From: Podarcis erhardii | Lineage: Eukaryota | Strand: one strand, 5' to 3' | NCBI GenBank assembly: GCA_964252035.1 | Contig: OZ176200.1 | Length of the DNA stretch: 64,000 bases | In this document: positions 11,802-23,242 of the stretch, piece after piece | How the letters are laid out: every line of letters starts with the position of its first letter | How positions within the stretch are numbered: position 1 is the stretch's first letter | Notes under the pieces: generated by a model | The model's database searches: none | Seen by the model: only the letters and a program-made list of their open reading frames with translations | What the model was told of the DNA's origin: nothing | Translations under genes and position numbers: made by a program

Positions 11802-13211
11802 TTACAGTGCAGTATGGTGTGTTTCTTTTCCTTCCCATCAGAAATGTTGCTCAAGAAATGTGTTCTGTCCAGAATGACAAATTTGCCACCTATTTCACAA
11901 ATACTGTCATTCATAGAATTTGATATGACTTTAGAAGCTCTTAGCTCAAATACCACGACTAGTGTGGAAGGCTCTGCTTTCTACAAGTTGTGTGCATCCG
12001 CTACTCTTGATTCCCCACCTACTGAGGCAGAAAGAATTAAGGGAGAAACTGACCTGCTGTTAGTTGGATTGCTGTGTGTTCTGGTTGGTGATGGACAGCA
12101 TACAGGAAGTAATGAGCTCAGTTGGATGGAATAATAAATATTCTCCTCCTCAGGGAAGGCATGCCAAAGAAATATGAAACTTCTGCTTGTCTTGCTCGGC
12201 TCTGGCTTTGATACTTCTAGCTAGTCTAAAGTTTTCCCTTTTCCAGTAAGCTTTTGGGATAGCAGTTTATTTCACTGTATAAAGATACTGTTTCTGAACT
12301 GTATCTCCTTCAATCACAGTTTGCTGGGCAAAAGATGGCATTGAATCCTGAGGCTCCTAGTAACACTTCAGGAACTTCTGATTCTGTGCTTTTCAGGTGC
12401 TTGAGGCAGGTGTAGCTTTTCCCAGAAAGTAAAGTGCCAGAGGACAGAAGCATAATCTCTTGAGAATATTTTTGAAGAATTGAGACTGTCCACCTGTCCA
12501 CCTCAACTTTTCTTCCCCAACCCATTGTTTTTTAAAAAATCTTTTTAATTTTAATTTTCTTTAGAAAAGTTATACCCCAGTCTTCAGCCCAAGAGGCTCC
12601 TGGAGTGGCTTGCATACAATCAAGATAGTCCCTGTCTGTCAGCTTACAATAAAAAAGAAACAGCACAGAAGGAAAAGTGTCAGGGGATGAAGGGTGGGGA
12701 AACTCAGAGGCCAATTCTTAAAGTTTAAATAGTAGTTATTATCATGACAAGGCGGAATGGAATCAGTTTAGGGACAGGCGGTGTCTGATAGAGCTGGCCT
12801 TTCAGTAAAGCTATGGAATGAACCCCACTTCTTATCTCTCTCACTGTTCATTTGCTAAATAATCATTTTCACTTTTATTCTCTATGCACTACTTATGCCT
12901 TATAAAATTATTTATGTTATTCAGTGGTCTTGTTCCTTCTGGTGTAAAATTCCAGCTGTTTAGCATCTACTTCCTCTATGAAGCATTTTTTACTTTTTTT
13001 GGGGGGGGGAGTTGGGGAGTAGAGACGGGCTTTCTTCAGATGTGCTGTATGCTTCTTTCAGGAGGAAAATAGATTATGATACATCTGCTGCTTTTATTTG
13101 TGTATTTTGTTTTGTTTTTAAAGAAAAGAATTGAGTCTAGGTTCTGGACTGGAGGACAGTCCCAAATCTATCATTAAAATGAAAAAAATGTGATTTTTTG
13201 AGTAAAGCTCG

Positions 13212-13270
<59 letters not shown>
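13212..13270. repeat. (GT)n(GA)n compound microsatellite
   Basis: Directly visible. Confidence 0.95.
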
Positions 13271-13274
<4 letters not shown>

Positions 13275-13525
13275 GAGGAGACAGGTTGCATTTTAAATTG
13301 AAAAGTGCTTGAAAATTCAGGAGTGTGAGCCACTGCAGTGGAAACAAAAGAAATATCTAGCTATGTGCATAGTTTTCTCACATACTTGCACATAAATTTG
13401 GTCTTAGAAATTGCCTGTTAACTGCTAGTTAGCTGTTGGTGTGCTGCATTCAACACTTTTCTGAAGGTATCTGTAGTATTGTATGTGACCATGGCTCATG
13501 TTTTGTCTCACTCCAAATAACAATA

Positions 13526-13750
13526 CAGTGGAACCTTGGGTTACGTACCGTCCTCCTTACGAACACTTTGGGTAATGAGCTCCGGTAACCCGGAGGTAGG
13601 TGCTCCTGGTAGCAAACTTTGCCCTCGGATGCGAGTGGAAGTCACGCAGCGGCAGGCCCCATTAGCGAAAGTGCACCTCAGGATAAGAACAGTTTTGGGT
13701 TAAGAACAGACCTCCGGAACAAATTAAGTTCATAACCGGAGGTACACCAG
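13526..13750. mobile_element. Tigger/pogo-like MITE
   Basis: TA|CAGTGGAACCTTGGGTTACG ... CATAACCGGAGGTACACCAG|TA; same family as 61067-61291. Confidence 0.75.
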
Positions 13751-13781
13751 TACAGCCCAAAACATAAGACCCAATCACATA

Positions 13782-14026
13782 CAGTAGACGCTCAGGTTAC
13801 AAATGTGATCTGTGCAGGAAGCATGTTCGCAACCCGCAGCACCATGTCTGCGCACACACAAGTCACGATTCAGCGCTTCTGTGCATGCGCAAAGCATGAT
13901 TTAGCACTTATGGGCATTTGCAAGCGCCAAAACCCGGAAGTAACCCATTCCGGTACTTCTGGGTTTGACGCAATGTGCAACCTGAAATCGTGCAACCCAA
14001 AGCGTCTGTAACCCGAGGTATGACTG
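13782..14026. mobile_element. Tigger/pogo-like MITE
   Basis: TA|CAGTAGACGCTCAGGTTAC ... GTAACCCGAGGTATGACTG|TA. Confidence 0.8.
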
Positions 14027-14036
14027 TATAAAAAAC

Positions 14037-14210
14037 AGTATGGTGTAGTGGTTAAGATCGGTGGACTCATAATCTGGTGAACCAGGTTCATGTCTCCGCT
14101 CCTCCACATGCAGCTGCTGGGTGACCTTGGACTAGTCACACTTCTCTGAATTCTCTCAGCCTCACTCACTTCACAGTGTTTGTTGTGGGGGAGGAAGGGA
14201 AAGAAGATTG
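14037..14210 (+). mobile_element. tRNA-derived MIR/Ther1-related lizard SINE (Squam3-like), 3'-incomplete
   Basis: tRNA-like head TGGTGTAGTGGTTAAG...GGTTC, core CTGCTGGGTGACCTTGG.CTAGTCACAC..CTCTCAGCCTCACTCAC, then GTTTGTTGTGGGGGAGGAAGGGAAAG. Confidence 0.75.
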
Positions 14211-14494
14211 AGGTCAATGTGTTGTGGACTGTTGAGGTCACCTGAGAAGACTAGTGAGGTCTTCTAATAGAAGACGTTATCCTTTCACAGTATACCTTAG
14301 GTTGTTATCTCTTTATTACTCCCTGTAAAAGAACAAGGAAAACAAGTTTCTAGTTCTGTTCTGTGGTTTCTGAATAAATGTGATTGTATTGTATTGTAGA
14401 GTGTTTCCTTTTCCTGCTTATACTTGGGTGCACTGCTAAACTTCCTTAATCCCGGGAGCTCCGACTCTTTGCTTGATGTCAACACAAGTGGCAC

Positions 14495-14674
14495 CAGTGG
14501 CGTAGCGTGGGGGGTGCAGGGGGGGCCGGCCGCACCGGGCGCAACATCTGGGGTTAGGGCAAATCCACGGGTTAGGGGGCACAAATCCACGGGTTAGGGG
14601 GCGCAAATCCACGGGTTAGGGGGCGCAAATTACTTGCCTTGCCCCGGGTGCTGACAACCCACGCTACGCCACTG
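14495..14674. mobile_element. Young hAT MITE with an internal 22-bp tandem repeat
   Basis: Perfect 17-bp TIRs CAGTGGCGTAGCGTGGG / CCCACGCTACGCCACTG; perfect 8-bp TSD AGTGGCAC (14487-14494, 14675-14682); three units of AAATCCACGGGTTAGGGGGC(A/G)C at 14561-14626. Confidence 0.95.
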
Positions 14675-14929
14675 AGTGGCACACACCAAGGTGCAGACAA
14701 GAAACTGTCATGCAGGCCTAGTATAAGAAGAGACCCTTGGAGGGACAGATTCTGCGGTCTTGTGCTGTACTCTTGTCCAGCAGTTTGTACCACCTGGCCA
14801 GTCCTCTGTGGATATGACCTCAGTTCCCATACCGTTTCCTTAAGGAACCATATCTATCAAGGTGTCATGGGCAGTTAACAATATACTTCTGTTTCTTCCG
14901 GGGGGGGGGGCGGAGATTGTTCATACCAG

Positions 14930-15330
14930 AGCAGAATACTAGCACTTTGTGGCTGTAGACCTGTTGATTTCTGGATAGCATGTTATGGCTTACTTGTTTA
15001 TATTCCTTTTCCTACCTTGAGATGTTTAGGAGAGGTGTGCAGGATAATTGATCTGATAATTGATCTCAGACACAAGTCAGGGTTTTGAATGGTGCCTTAC
15101 CTGCTCTACATTAATGGCTTCTACTCTCAATTCTTACTTTGCAATATTCTGGTCACCTATGTGTACGGTAGCACATACCACCATTTGAAGAAGATAACAA
15201 TCCTTTCCTATAAGTGCTTTTCTTCAAAGGGGATTTCTGTTCTACTGTAGTCCACAAATCCATTTGATACCATTAGCCAAGTTTTCCTTCATCCTAGTTG
15301 TCCGGTTCTGAATAGATCCTTCCCCTACCT
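14930..15330 (-). mobile_element. Ancient CR1 LINE endonuclease fragment
   Basis: Minus-strand remnants GMCYRT (cf. GVCYRPP) and GTIQNPDLC (cf. GDFNYPDIC) in the expected order; heavily decayed. Confidence 0.4.
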
Positions 15331-15914
15331 ATGTTTAACTTTGCTACTGCAAGGTACTCTTGCAACACCTGATGCCACTATGAAAGGTTTTGTGAGCCAT
15401 CATATGTGGCAGACAGGTATGGACAGTTCTGGAAGAAGATCAGTTGTAAGAAATAAACTTGTGATCCATAGAAATGGCTTTCTCTTTTGCCAGTTGAGTA
15501 CAAATATAAAGCCTTCCATAGCAAAAGCTCATAGTTCACTAGTTTATCAAACCTTCCTTTTTGTGTTGCCGTTTTCCTGTGTAATATAGAAATAATCTGC
15601 CCAATTTCCCAAATATCCAATGAAACAAATATTTTGGATGTCTCAAAATAATGGCCAAATTGTGTAGAGTATAATGTATTTTTCCCCAAATTGTCACTTA
15701 CTATTTGAAGTGAATATCAAAGCTATGGCCAAGTTGACATGTTTCTTTGAATTGTAGCATGTATTTTGCCACTACCTGCTGTAAATGTTACCGTTCTGCA
15801 CCAGTAACATATAATTCATCTGCCTAGGCCAAATTACATCATTACTAACCACACTATTCACATCTGCCCCAATCACCAGCATGCAATCTGTCCCTCCTGA
15901 CATGGTCAGGAATA

Positions 15915-15975
15915 GAGATAGATATAGAGATAAAGATAGAGATAGACAGACAGACAGACAGTCAGACAGACAGGT
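15915..15975. repeat. GATA/GACA-type microsatellite
   Basis: Directly visible. Confidence 0.85.
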
Positions 15976-16118
15976 GATAGAATGGCATGAAAGTGACAAT
16001 GAAGACATAGAACCATACTGCCCAAGGTATTGTGTAAACCAGGCCTATATGTGAGAATGAAACAGAACATTAAATTATGGCTTCAGGTACAATTATTTTT
16101 TCTTTTTGTTTTTTGTAG

Positions 16119-16230
16119 TCTATGTATGAGAGACAAGGGATTGCTGTGATGCCACCAACAGTCCCTGGGAGTTCCCAAGGCCCGTTTCTGGGTGTACCAC
16201 GAGGTACCGTGAGAAGACAAAAATCAATAG
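16119..16230 (+). CDS. SHANK2: SHANK2 coding exon (SMYERQGIAVMPPTVPGS...PRGTVRRQKSI)
   Basis: TTTTGTAG| acceptor, G|GTAAAA donor, 112 nt, phase 0 to 1. Matches recalled SVYERQGIAVMTPTVPGSP...RGTMRRQKSI. Confidence 0.96.
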
Positions 16231-16357
16231 GTAAAATGAAACTTTCTACAAGCGACGTTTCATTATTTTCAACAATTGCTTACAGTGTTTGCTTCAAATG
16301 CATTTGTTCATGGGTTGATTTTGAGTCTTTTATCAAATAGCCATTGTGTGAGAACAA

Positions 16358-16781
16358 ACTGGCCCATTCACATGTCATATTGAACCATAAAATAAGCTGT
16401 ACTTTAATGTGAGAGAGTAGCATGCAAATGCATGTTTGAGAAATGGCAGGTATTTTTTTCCTCTCCCACTGCTCCTGCTGCTGCCGCATTGCCATGAAAC
16501 AAGATGTGGTTTTGCTTCTCAAGTTCATGGTTTATTTTTATCCAAACAAACCATGAGCAGAAGCCAAGGTTTGTTATTGGCTTACCACTTTGGGGAAAAC
16601 AAATTATGAGTCCAGGTTTAGACAACATGACATACCAGACCATGGCTTGTTTCACGGAAGCACAGCAGGAACAGCGGAAGAGCAAAGCATCTCTGCTTTT
16701 TAGAAGCATGCAGCAGCACATTCACATTAAACCATAGCTAGTTGTAACTAAGATATAATGTGACATGTGAACCAGGCCAGT
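16358..16781. mobile_element. Harbinger-like MITE with AAACCAT-type internal motifs
   Basis: TIRs ACTGGCCCATTCACATGTCA / TGACATGTGAACCAGGCCAGT. Confidence 0.7.
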
Positions 16782-17185
16782 CAGTGGCAGAGGAAGCCGC
16801 TCGGGCACCTAGAGCGGCAAACATGACATGCACCTGGGGGTGAGGTGTCGCTACGTAGCACACATGTGCAGTGTAGCTATGTACGACGCATGCGCCGTAC
16901 GTAGCGGGGCCACACAGGGGGACTACATAGTGGTTTGCCGGCGGCGTGGTGCCGGGATCCTCTGCTCGCGGCTGCAGCCACAAACGGAGGATCCTCTACA
17001 TGCGGCTGCAGCCACGAGCAGAGGATCCGAGCACTGCACCGCCGGCAAACTGCTACATAGTGCACATGTGTGGCATCGCTACGTACGTGGTTTGCCGGCG
17101 GCGCAGAACCGGGATTCTCCTCGCGGCTACAGCTGCAGGTGGAGGATCCACTGGGAGCACACCGCCCCCCGTTGTGACGCCAATG
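16782..17185. mobile_element. GC-rich hAT-like non-autonomous element with internal direct and inverted repeats
   Basis: Starts CAGTGGC, ends GCCAATG; flanks AGGCCAGT (16774-16781) / AGGCCAAT (17186-17193) form a 7/8 TSD; internal fold-back at 16932-17051. Confidence 0.7.
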
Positions 17186-17574
17186 AGGCCAATGTCTGTC
17201 AGTAACATTGACTGAATATTACAACTGGAATTTGTGCTCTTTGAAATATACAATTTCTTAAGTAATTCATTGCTTTTTAGCTTGTTTATTTCAAATATTT
17301 ATTTACTGTTTAATATCAGAATTTCTTAGCATACAAAATGCATTTATAAATTACAAAATTAATAAGTAACGAAGTAACCAACAGCAGACAATCTCTATAA
17401 AGTAGAGGTAAAATCCAAACCAAATTTAATATACATTTAAATTTTATGTTTATTGAATCAAAAGCATCTACTTTTGCACATTTGAAAATGTTTTAGCATT
17501 CTGATTTCCATGTGTAGAATTTTGTTTATATCACAATGCCAAATTCATACTACAAAAAGAATTTTTTAAAAGAC

Positions 17575-17650
17575 TGGTAATATTGGTAATATAATTGGTA
17601 ATATAGTGGTAATATAAAAATATATTGGTAATATAAAAATATTGGTAAAA
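17575..17650. repeat. Low-complexity (A/T)TTGGTAATAT tandem repeat
   Basis: About six imperfect TGGTAA-containing units, directly visible. Confidence 0.8.
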
Positions 17651-18928
17651 GTTACTCAGAGGTTAGTTTTAAATGAAATCATTCTTCTTTGCTAAAATTG
17701 TGTTTTTATAATCTGTGTGTATGTGATAAGATGGTATTTTTGTTCAAAATAATGACAGAAAGCTTTAGGAAAATATATATTAATTGGTCCATTTTGCTGT
17801 AGAAGTATTTGGTTGTACAATGAGGAAGTTAAACAGAGCCAACATATGCTTTATGGAAATATATTTTTCTGCAAAATGATGTTGTTTTAGTCATATTGGA
17901 AACTTAGTCAAAGGTCTTATTCCCCACAATTTCAATTGCTATTCTTGCTGTAATAGCAATGGCAAGCAAAAACCGAAAAGATACATTTAACACCAAACTT
18001 TAATTAGAGCAGGTTGCAATATGGGAGTTAAAGCTGAGAGGCAACATTTTTCTTGTCCTTTCTTCTCCTTTATGTTTGAAGGGATATTCTGTTCCCTGGT
18101 GAAATAATGAAGTTATTCTTTGCAACTCTCTACATAAAAATAGTTACAGGAAATACAGTGAAAGAAATGTATATTATCAACTACTACAAGGAATAGCAAT
18201 CAGCCCATAGCTTAGATCGACCCTTTTGCTGCTGTTGTTTCATCCTGAACACAAACCAGCAAGCCAGCTATATTAATTATTACTTCAGAGACTGTGTAAG
18301 GAGAGCATCTCTTTGCTCTGTCTGTACCAGGAAGTACCACAAGTAGCTTGTGAAGCCATTGCCTCATGCTGTGACCTGCCCTGGTTAGTGCTTCACGTCT
18401 AGCTTTCCAGCATGAAATCTAGCACCTCATACAACAGGTAGCAATCTCACTCCAAAGTTACATATGTTTGTTTGGAAGGTTGTTTCACAATGCCTCTCTG
18501 TCCACTCTCTTTACCCATGTAGAAACATTGTTTTATCATGTTTCATGCATGGCCACCTATGCACAAATGCCAACATGCATACATTTATTTATTTTTAAGC
18601 TTTCCTTTCCTTTCTTCTTCCAGTCTTTCACAGCTTTTGGCTGACAACTTCCTTTTATGCACAGTTCATAAAAAAAAATTACTTTAGGGATGCACAATTC
18701 TCTGTGCACATATATGTAAGAAAATGCTGGAAGATCAGCATAGGGACACTGAGGCAAGCAAAAATGTAAACTGAAGATCTAGTTGCAGACATATTCTAAA
18801 ACCAAACCATGCATAGTAATATATAATACAGTATTTTCTGTACCTGGTTTACTATGTCTTTGGTGACAATGGATGATAATTAAAATTCAAGAGCAATTTA
18901 AAAATTGTAGCTTGTGATTTTTTTAAAG

Positions 18929-21344
18929 GGATAACAGAGGAAGAACGGCAATTTTTGGCTCCTCCCATGCTAAAATTTACCAGAAGTCTATCCATGCCAG
19001 ACACCTCTGAAGATATCCCTCCTCCTCCACAGTCTTTACCTCCATCACCACCACCTCCATCTCCTTCTCTTTACAACTCCCCCAAATCTCCAGTGTCTAG
19101 AATATATGGGACAATTAAGCCTGCATTTAATCAGAATTCAGGTGCAAAGTTAGCTATTTCAGGTAGATCTGAAAATATGGGAACGGTGATAAGGGACAAA
19201 GGGATATATTACCGGAGAGAGATGGACCGTTATTCTCTAGATTCTGAGGACTTATATAGCAGAAATGCCTCAACTCAGGCAAGCTTCAGAAACAAGAGAG
19301 GTCAGATGCCGGAGAACCCATACTCTGAAGTTGGAAAAATAGCAAGCAAAGCAGTGTATGTCCCAGCCAAGCCAGCAAGACGGAAGGGAATGCTAGTGAA
19401 ACAATCTAATGTTGAGGATAGTCCAGAAAAAACCTGCTCTATTCCAATTCCAACTATCATTGTTAAAGAGCCATCTACCAGCAGTAGTGGGAAAAGTAGT
19501 CAAGGAAGCAGCATGGAAATTGACCCACAGTCTTCAGAGCAACCAGGACAGCTCAGACCTGAAGATAACTTGACTGTCAGTAGTCCATTTGCAGCAGCCA
19601 TTGCAGGGGCAGTGAGGGATAGGGAGAAAAGATTAGAAGCCAGGCGTAACTCTCCAGCTTTCCTTTCCACAGATTTGGGAGATGAGGATGTTGGGCTATC
19701 GCCTCCAATGCCACGTTTGAGACAGTCTAAGTTTAGTGATGAGGGAATGTTTGGTAATGAAGACAACTTTAGGCAACTTGTATCACCATCTCCTATCCCA
19801 GCACCTAGAGAGCCTGAAAATATTTTTAATAGCAGTGAATCAAGTAATCAAAGTGATGCAAGGACACCAAACCCTTCAACCCCAACATCAATGGGTTCAG
19901 AAAATAATGTGTTGGCAACTCAGAATGCTGGTATGTCCAGTTTGGATAACTATGTTCATCCACTCACAGGGAAATTACTGGATCCAAATTCACCTTTAGC
20001 CCTTGCCCTTTCTGCCAGAGATAGAGCCATGAAGGAACAAACCCAGCAAATTCCAGGGAAAGGAGAATCTGGCAAAGCAGACCTTAATAAACCCCTTTAT
20101 ATAGATACAAAGATGAGGTCCAACATCGAAACTACATTTCCAGTGACAGCTACAATTGCTAGGCAAAATACGCGTGGTCCACTAAGGCGGCAGGAGACGG
20201 AGAACAAATATGAGACAGATACGGGGAAAGAGAGGAGGCCTGAAGAAAAGAAGAACATGCTGATCAATATTGTGGATACCTCACAGCAGAAGTCAGCTGG
20301 TTTGCTCATGGTTCATACGGTAGATACAGCGCAGTCCAATGATACCCCTGATGAAAAGGAAGAGGAAAGTGCTGAGATAGATGTGGATACTGAAAAGCCT
20401 CCACCAGAGGCACAGGAAAGTACAGAAACAGCTGAAAGTGGACTAGATGAAGCTGACATGCCTGAGCTACCTGCATCTCCCTGCAAAACTATTGTAGCAG
20501 TTGGCTCCGTTGATGATCCAATCATTTTACCGTTCCGTATCCCTCCACCCCCTTTAGCATCTGTTGATCTTGATGAAGATTTCATCTTTACTGAGCCATT
20601 ACCACCGCCTTTAGAATTTGCTAACAGTTTTGATATCCCTGATGACCATTCTGTCCCAGGCTCTGCACTAACAGACTTGCTCAAACACAGAAAAAATGGA
20701 ACTCCGCCTGCTTCATTCAATCCTACTCAACCCTCAAATTCAATAGACAGTAAGAAACCAGTGGGTCTTTCAAACTGTTTGCCTGCCTCATTTTTACCAC
20801 CGCCTGAAAATTTTGATAACGTCACTGACTCTGGGATTGAAGAGGTGGACAGTCGAAGCAGTAGTGACCATCACCTAGAGACAACCAGCACTATCTCAAC
20901 TGTGTCCAGCATCTCTACCTTATCCTCTGAAGGTGGTGAGAACTTGGATACTTGTACAGTCTATGCAGATGGGCAAACATTTCTGGTGGACAAACCCCCA
21001 GTACCTCCTAAGCCAAAAATGAAGCCCATAATCAACAAAAGCAATGCACTTTACAAGGATGCGCTAATTGAAGAAACTGTAGATAGTTTTGTTATTCCTC
21101 CACCTGCCCCACCCCCACCTCCTATCAGTGCACAGCCTGGTATGGCTAAGGTTGTACAGCAAAGGACCTCTAAGCTATGGGGTGATGTAACGGAGGTTAA
21201 AAGCCCAGTTCTCTCAGGCCCAAAGGCTAATGTCATTAGTGAATTGAACTCAATACTGCAGCAAATGAACAGAGAGAAATCATCAAAGCCAGGGGAAGGA
21301 TTGGAGTCACCTCCAGGAATAAAAACAGCAAGTCTTAGTACAAG
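18929..21344 (+). CDS. SHANK2: SHANK2 large proline-rich exon (Homer-binding LPPPLEF at 20599-20619; cortactin-SH3-binding KPPVPPKP at 20992-21015)
   Basis: TTTTAAAG|GG ATA ACA GAG acceptor (phase 1), AG|GTAAAT donor (phase 2), 2416 nt. Long stretches are identical to recalled SHANK2 (GITEEERQFLAPPMLKFTRSLSMPDTSEDIPPPP; RGQMPENPYSEVGKIASKAVYVPAKPARRKG; DSGIEEVDSRSSSDHHLETTST). Confidence 0.99.
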
Positions 21345-22759
21345 GTAAATGCAACTAAATTATTTTTTAAGTCTATAGTGTCCATGAGTTTAAATTGCCT
21401 TTGCTTTCATTAATAATGTCTTAAATACCTTTTAATCTTATGTTTAAAATTCATGGTATTAATGCTCTAGTATTAATTTTTGACACTCTTAAAAATCTAC
21501 AAAATACGTTAATTGCTATTATCATTTTTCACCATTGCCCTTCTTTGTTTATGATATTAACACGTATTGAAATATGCTATCTTTTACTATGCTGCTAGTT
21601 AAGAATCAATTTCACCTCTCCTTTCTAGAATCCCTAGTTATGTGTTTTATGGTTTACCCCTAACTTCTACACATTTAATGAAAAGGTTTCAAAGTGGCTC
21701 TAAGTGACAGCTGACTGGTTATAGTTCTGATTTAATTTCAAGTTGATATTGCTTCAGTAGTAGCTGTCTTATTTAGAATGTGTTGAGTAGTTTTGTGTGT
21801 TTTATTTTGCATGATACATATGTTTAGTTTACAATGCAGAGGGCTACATGTGGCGCTGCATGTATTTGCCAAGGTTTTCGTCTCCCTGCTGCAATCCATT
21901 ACAACCTCCAACAAAGCACTCCTGAGAATCCAGTTGGAGGTGCAAGGAAAGAGAGAAATCAGCTGTCCCACATGCAAATGTAGAAGTGTTTTCTGCTCAC
22001 ACCTTTGGATCCCAGCCAGAATCTCTCTATGCTTTTTTAGTAAATGAAATAAAAATCTGTCCTTTATTTGATAACAAATATTCCAATGCAACTTTAGAAA
22101 AAAACAAAAGTGACACATTTAATCTCAAAAATATTTATTTTATTGCATGGACTTCAGCACATGCAATCAAGGAGATGCACTAATGGACCATATTCTGGTT
22201 TCATTTTTTAAAATCAAGTTTCCTGCTGGATCATGCCAGTGGCCCATTTGGTCTAGCATCTAGTTCTCACACTGTGCACATTCAGTTGTTCCAGTAAAGC
22301 GATCAACGTGCATTAATGATTCGTTGTTTGAGCTGTTTGGTTTTAATTGTTGGAAGAAGAGTAGTCACAAAGCCTGTCCTTTAGTCTTTTCTAGGGTGGC
22401 CAGAGAAAAAGGATACAAGGGCTTTTGCACCTCTCTCAATTGTGGAATTTTGTTGTGTGCATCTTATCATGCAGGGGTGAAAGCAGCTGCACTTTCAAAA
22501 ATTTCATTTTCTACACAGCTATTAAAAATGTGAGAGTTCTGTCATCCTCTCCTCTTCATCAGAGCATACAACTGCCATGGTGAATAATACATTACTTTTT
22601 AAAAACTTTTTTAACAAAAATGTTCTCCGTGGTGGTAGTATATGGTGAGGGACAGCTTTTGCATCCCATCTTGAACCACCCTGCCTTACAGCCAGTACCA
22701 CTGAAAGATTGCATTTGACAGACATATTTTTAAAGTCAATATTGTGAAATTTATTGAGC

Positions 22760-22985
22760 CTTTGGATGGATTTGTTGCACTTGCTGTGATAGGTTCTAGG
22801 ACTTTCAACTGAACGTGGCGACCCATGGTAGCGGAACAGTAGAGTGGTGTAAGAAACCCCAAACTCTGAATGTACCATTTTTTACCTGTTGTTGAATGTG
22901 CCTATTTTTACCTCTTGTTAGCCGCTCTGAGCCCGGCTTTGGCTGGGGAGGGTAAGATACAAATAAAAAAATAATATTATTATTA
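22760..22985 (+). mobile_element. L2-type LINE 3' end
   Basis: GTTAGCCGCTCTGAGCCC...GGGAGGG...ACAAATAAA followed by an (ATT)-like tail. Confidence 0.55.
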
Positions 22986-23050
22986 CCAGGACCTGTTTCC
23001 TAGCAAAGTTCAAGCTTCAGCTACATGGGGACAGGTTTTATGTGGTAGAG

Positions 23051-23242
23051 CAGGGGTAGAGCAGGGGTGTCCAACAGGTAGATCACGATCTACTGGTAGA
23101 GTGCGTGGGGTCTGTGGTCGATCGCGGTCGATCGTGGAACCCTCCCCCCCAAAAAGAAAGAAAGCTCAACAACTTTGGTAGATCACTGCCAGTTTTTTAT
23201 AGCAAGAGTAGATCTCAGTCTCTTGAAAGTTGGACATGCCTG
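23051..23242. mobile_element. hAT (Charlie-type) MITE with an 11-bp duplication at the left end
   Basis: TIR CAGGGGTGTCCAAC / GTTGGACATGCCTG; TSD TGGTAGAG at 23043-23050 and 23243-23250; extra CAGGGGTAGAG at 23051-23061. Confidence 0.85.

Noticed and set aside
14551-14630. Repeat-spacer-like periodicity (CRISPR-like) or interstitial telomere
   Set aside because: Units are identical head-to-tail 22-mers with no unique spacers, and not a (TTAGGG)n run; internal to a MITE in a vertebrate genome.
16828-17253. Overlapping ORFs of 60-125 aa on both strands
   Set aside because: Result of GC-rich internal repeats of a non-autonomous element lacking stops; the same applies to 33592-34016 and 31635-31923.
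17381-17413. ACAGCAGACAATCTCTATAAAG resembling the mammalian DSRIFLS microexon
   Set aside because: No AG acceptor or pyrimidine tract upstream; AT-rich context; match is partial.
19500-21236. Several 60-135 aa ORFs antisense or out of frame within the large SHANK2 exon
   Set aside because: Shadow ORFs of a long coding exon; no independent evidence.
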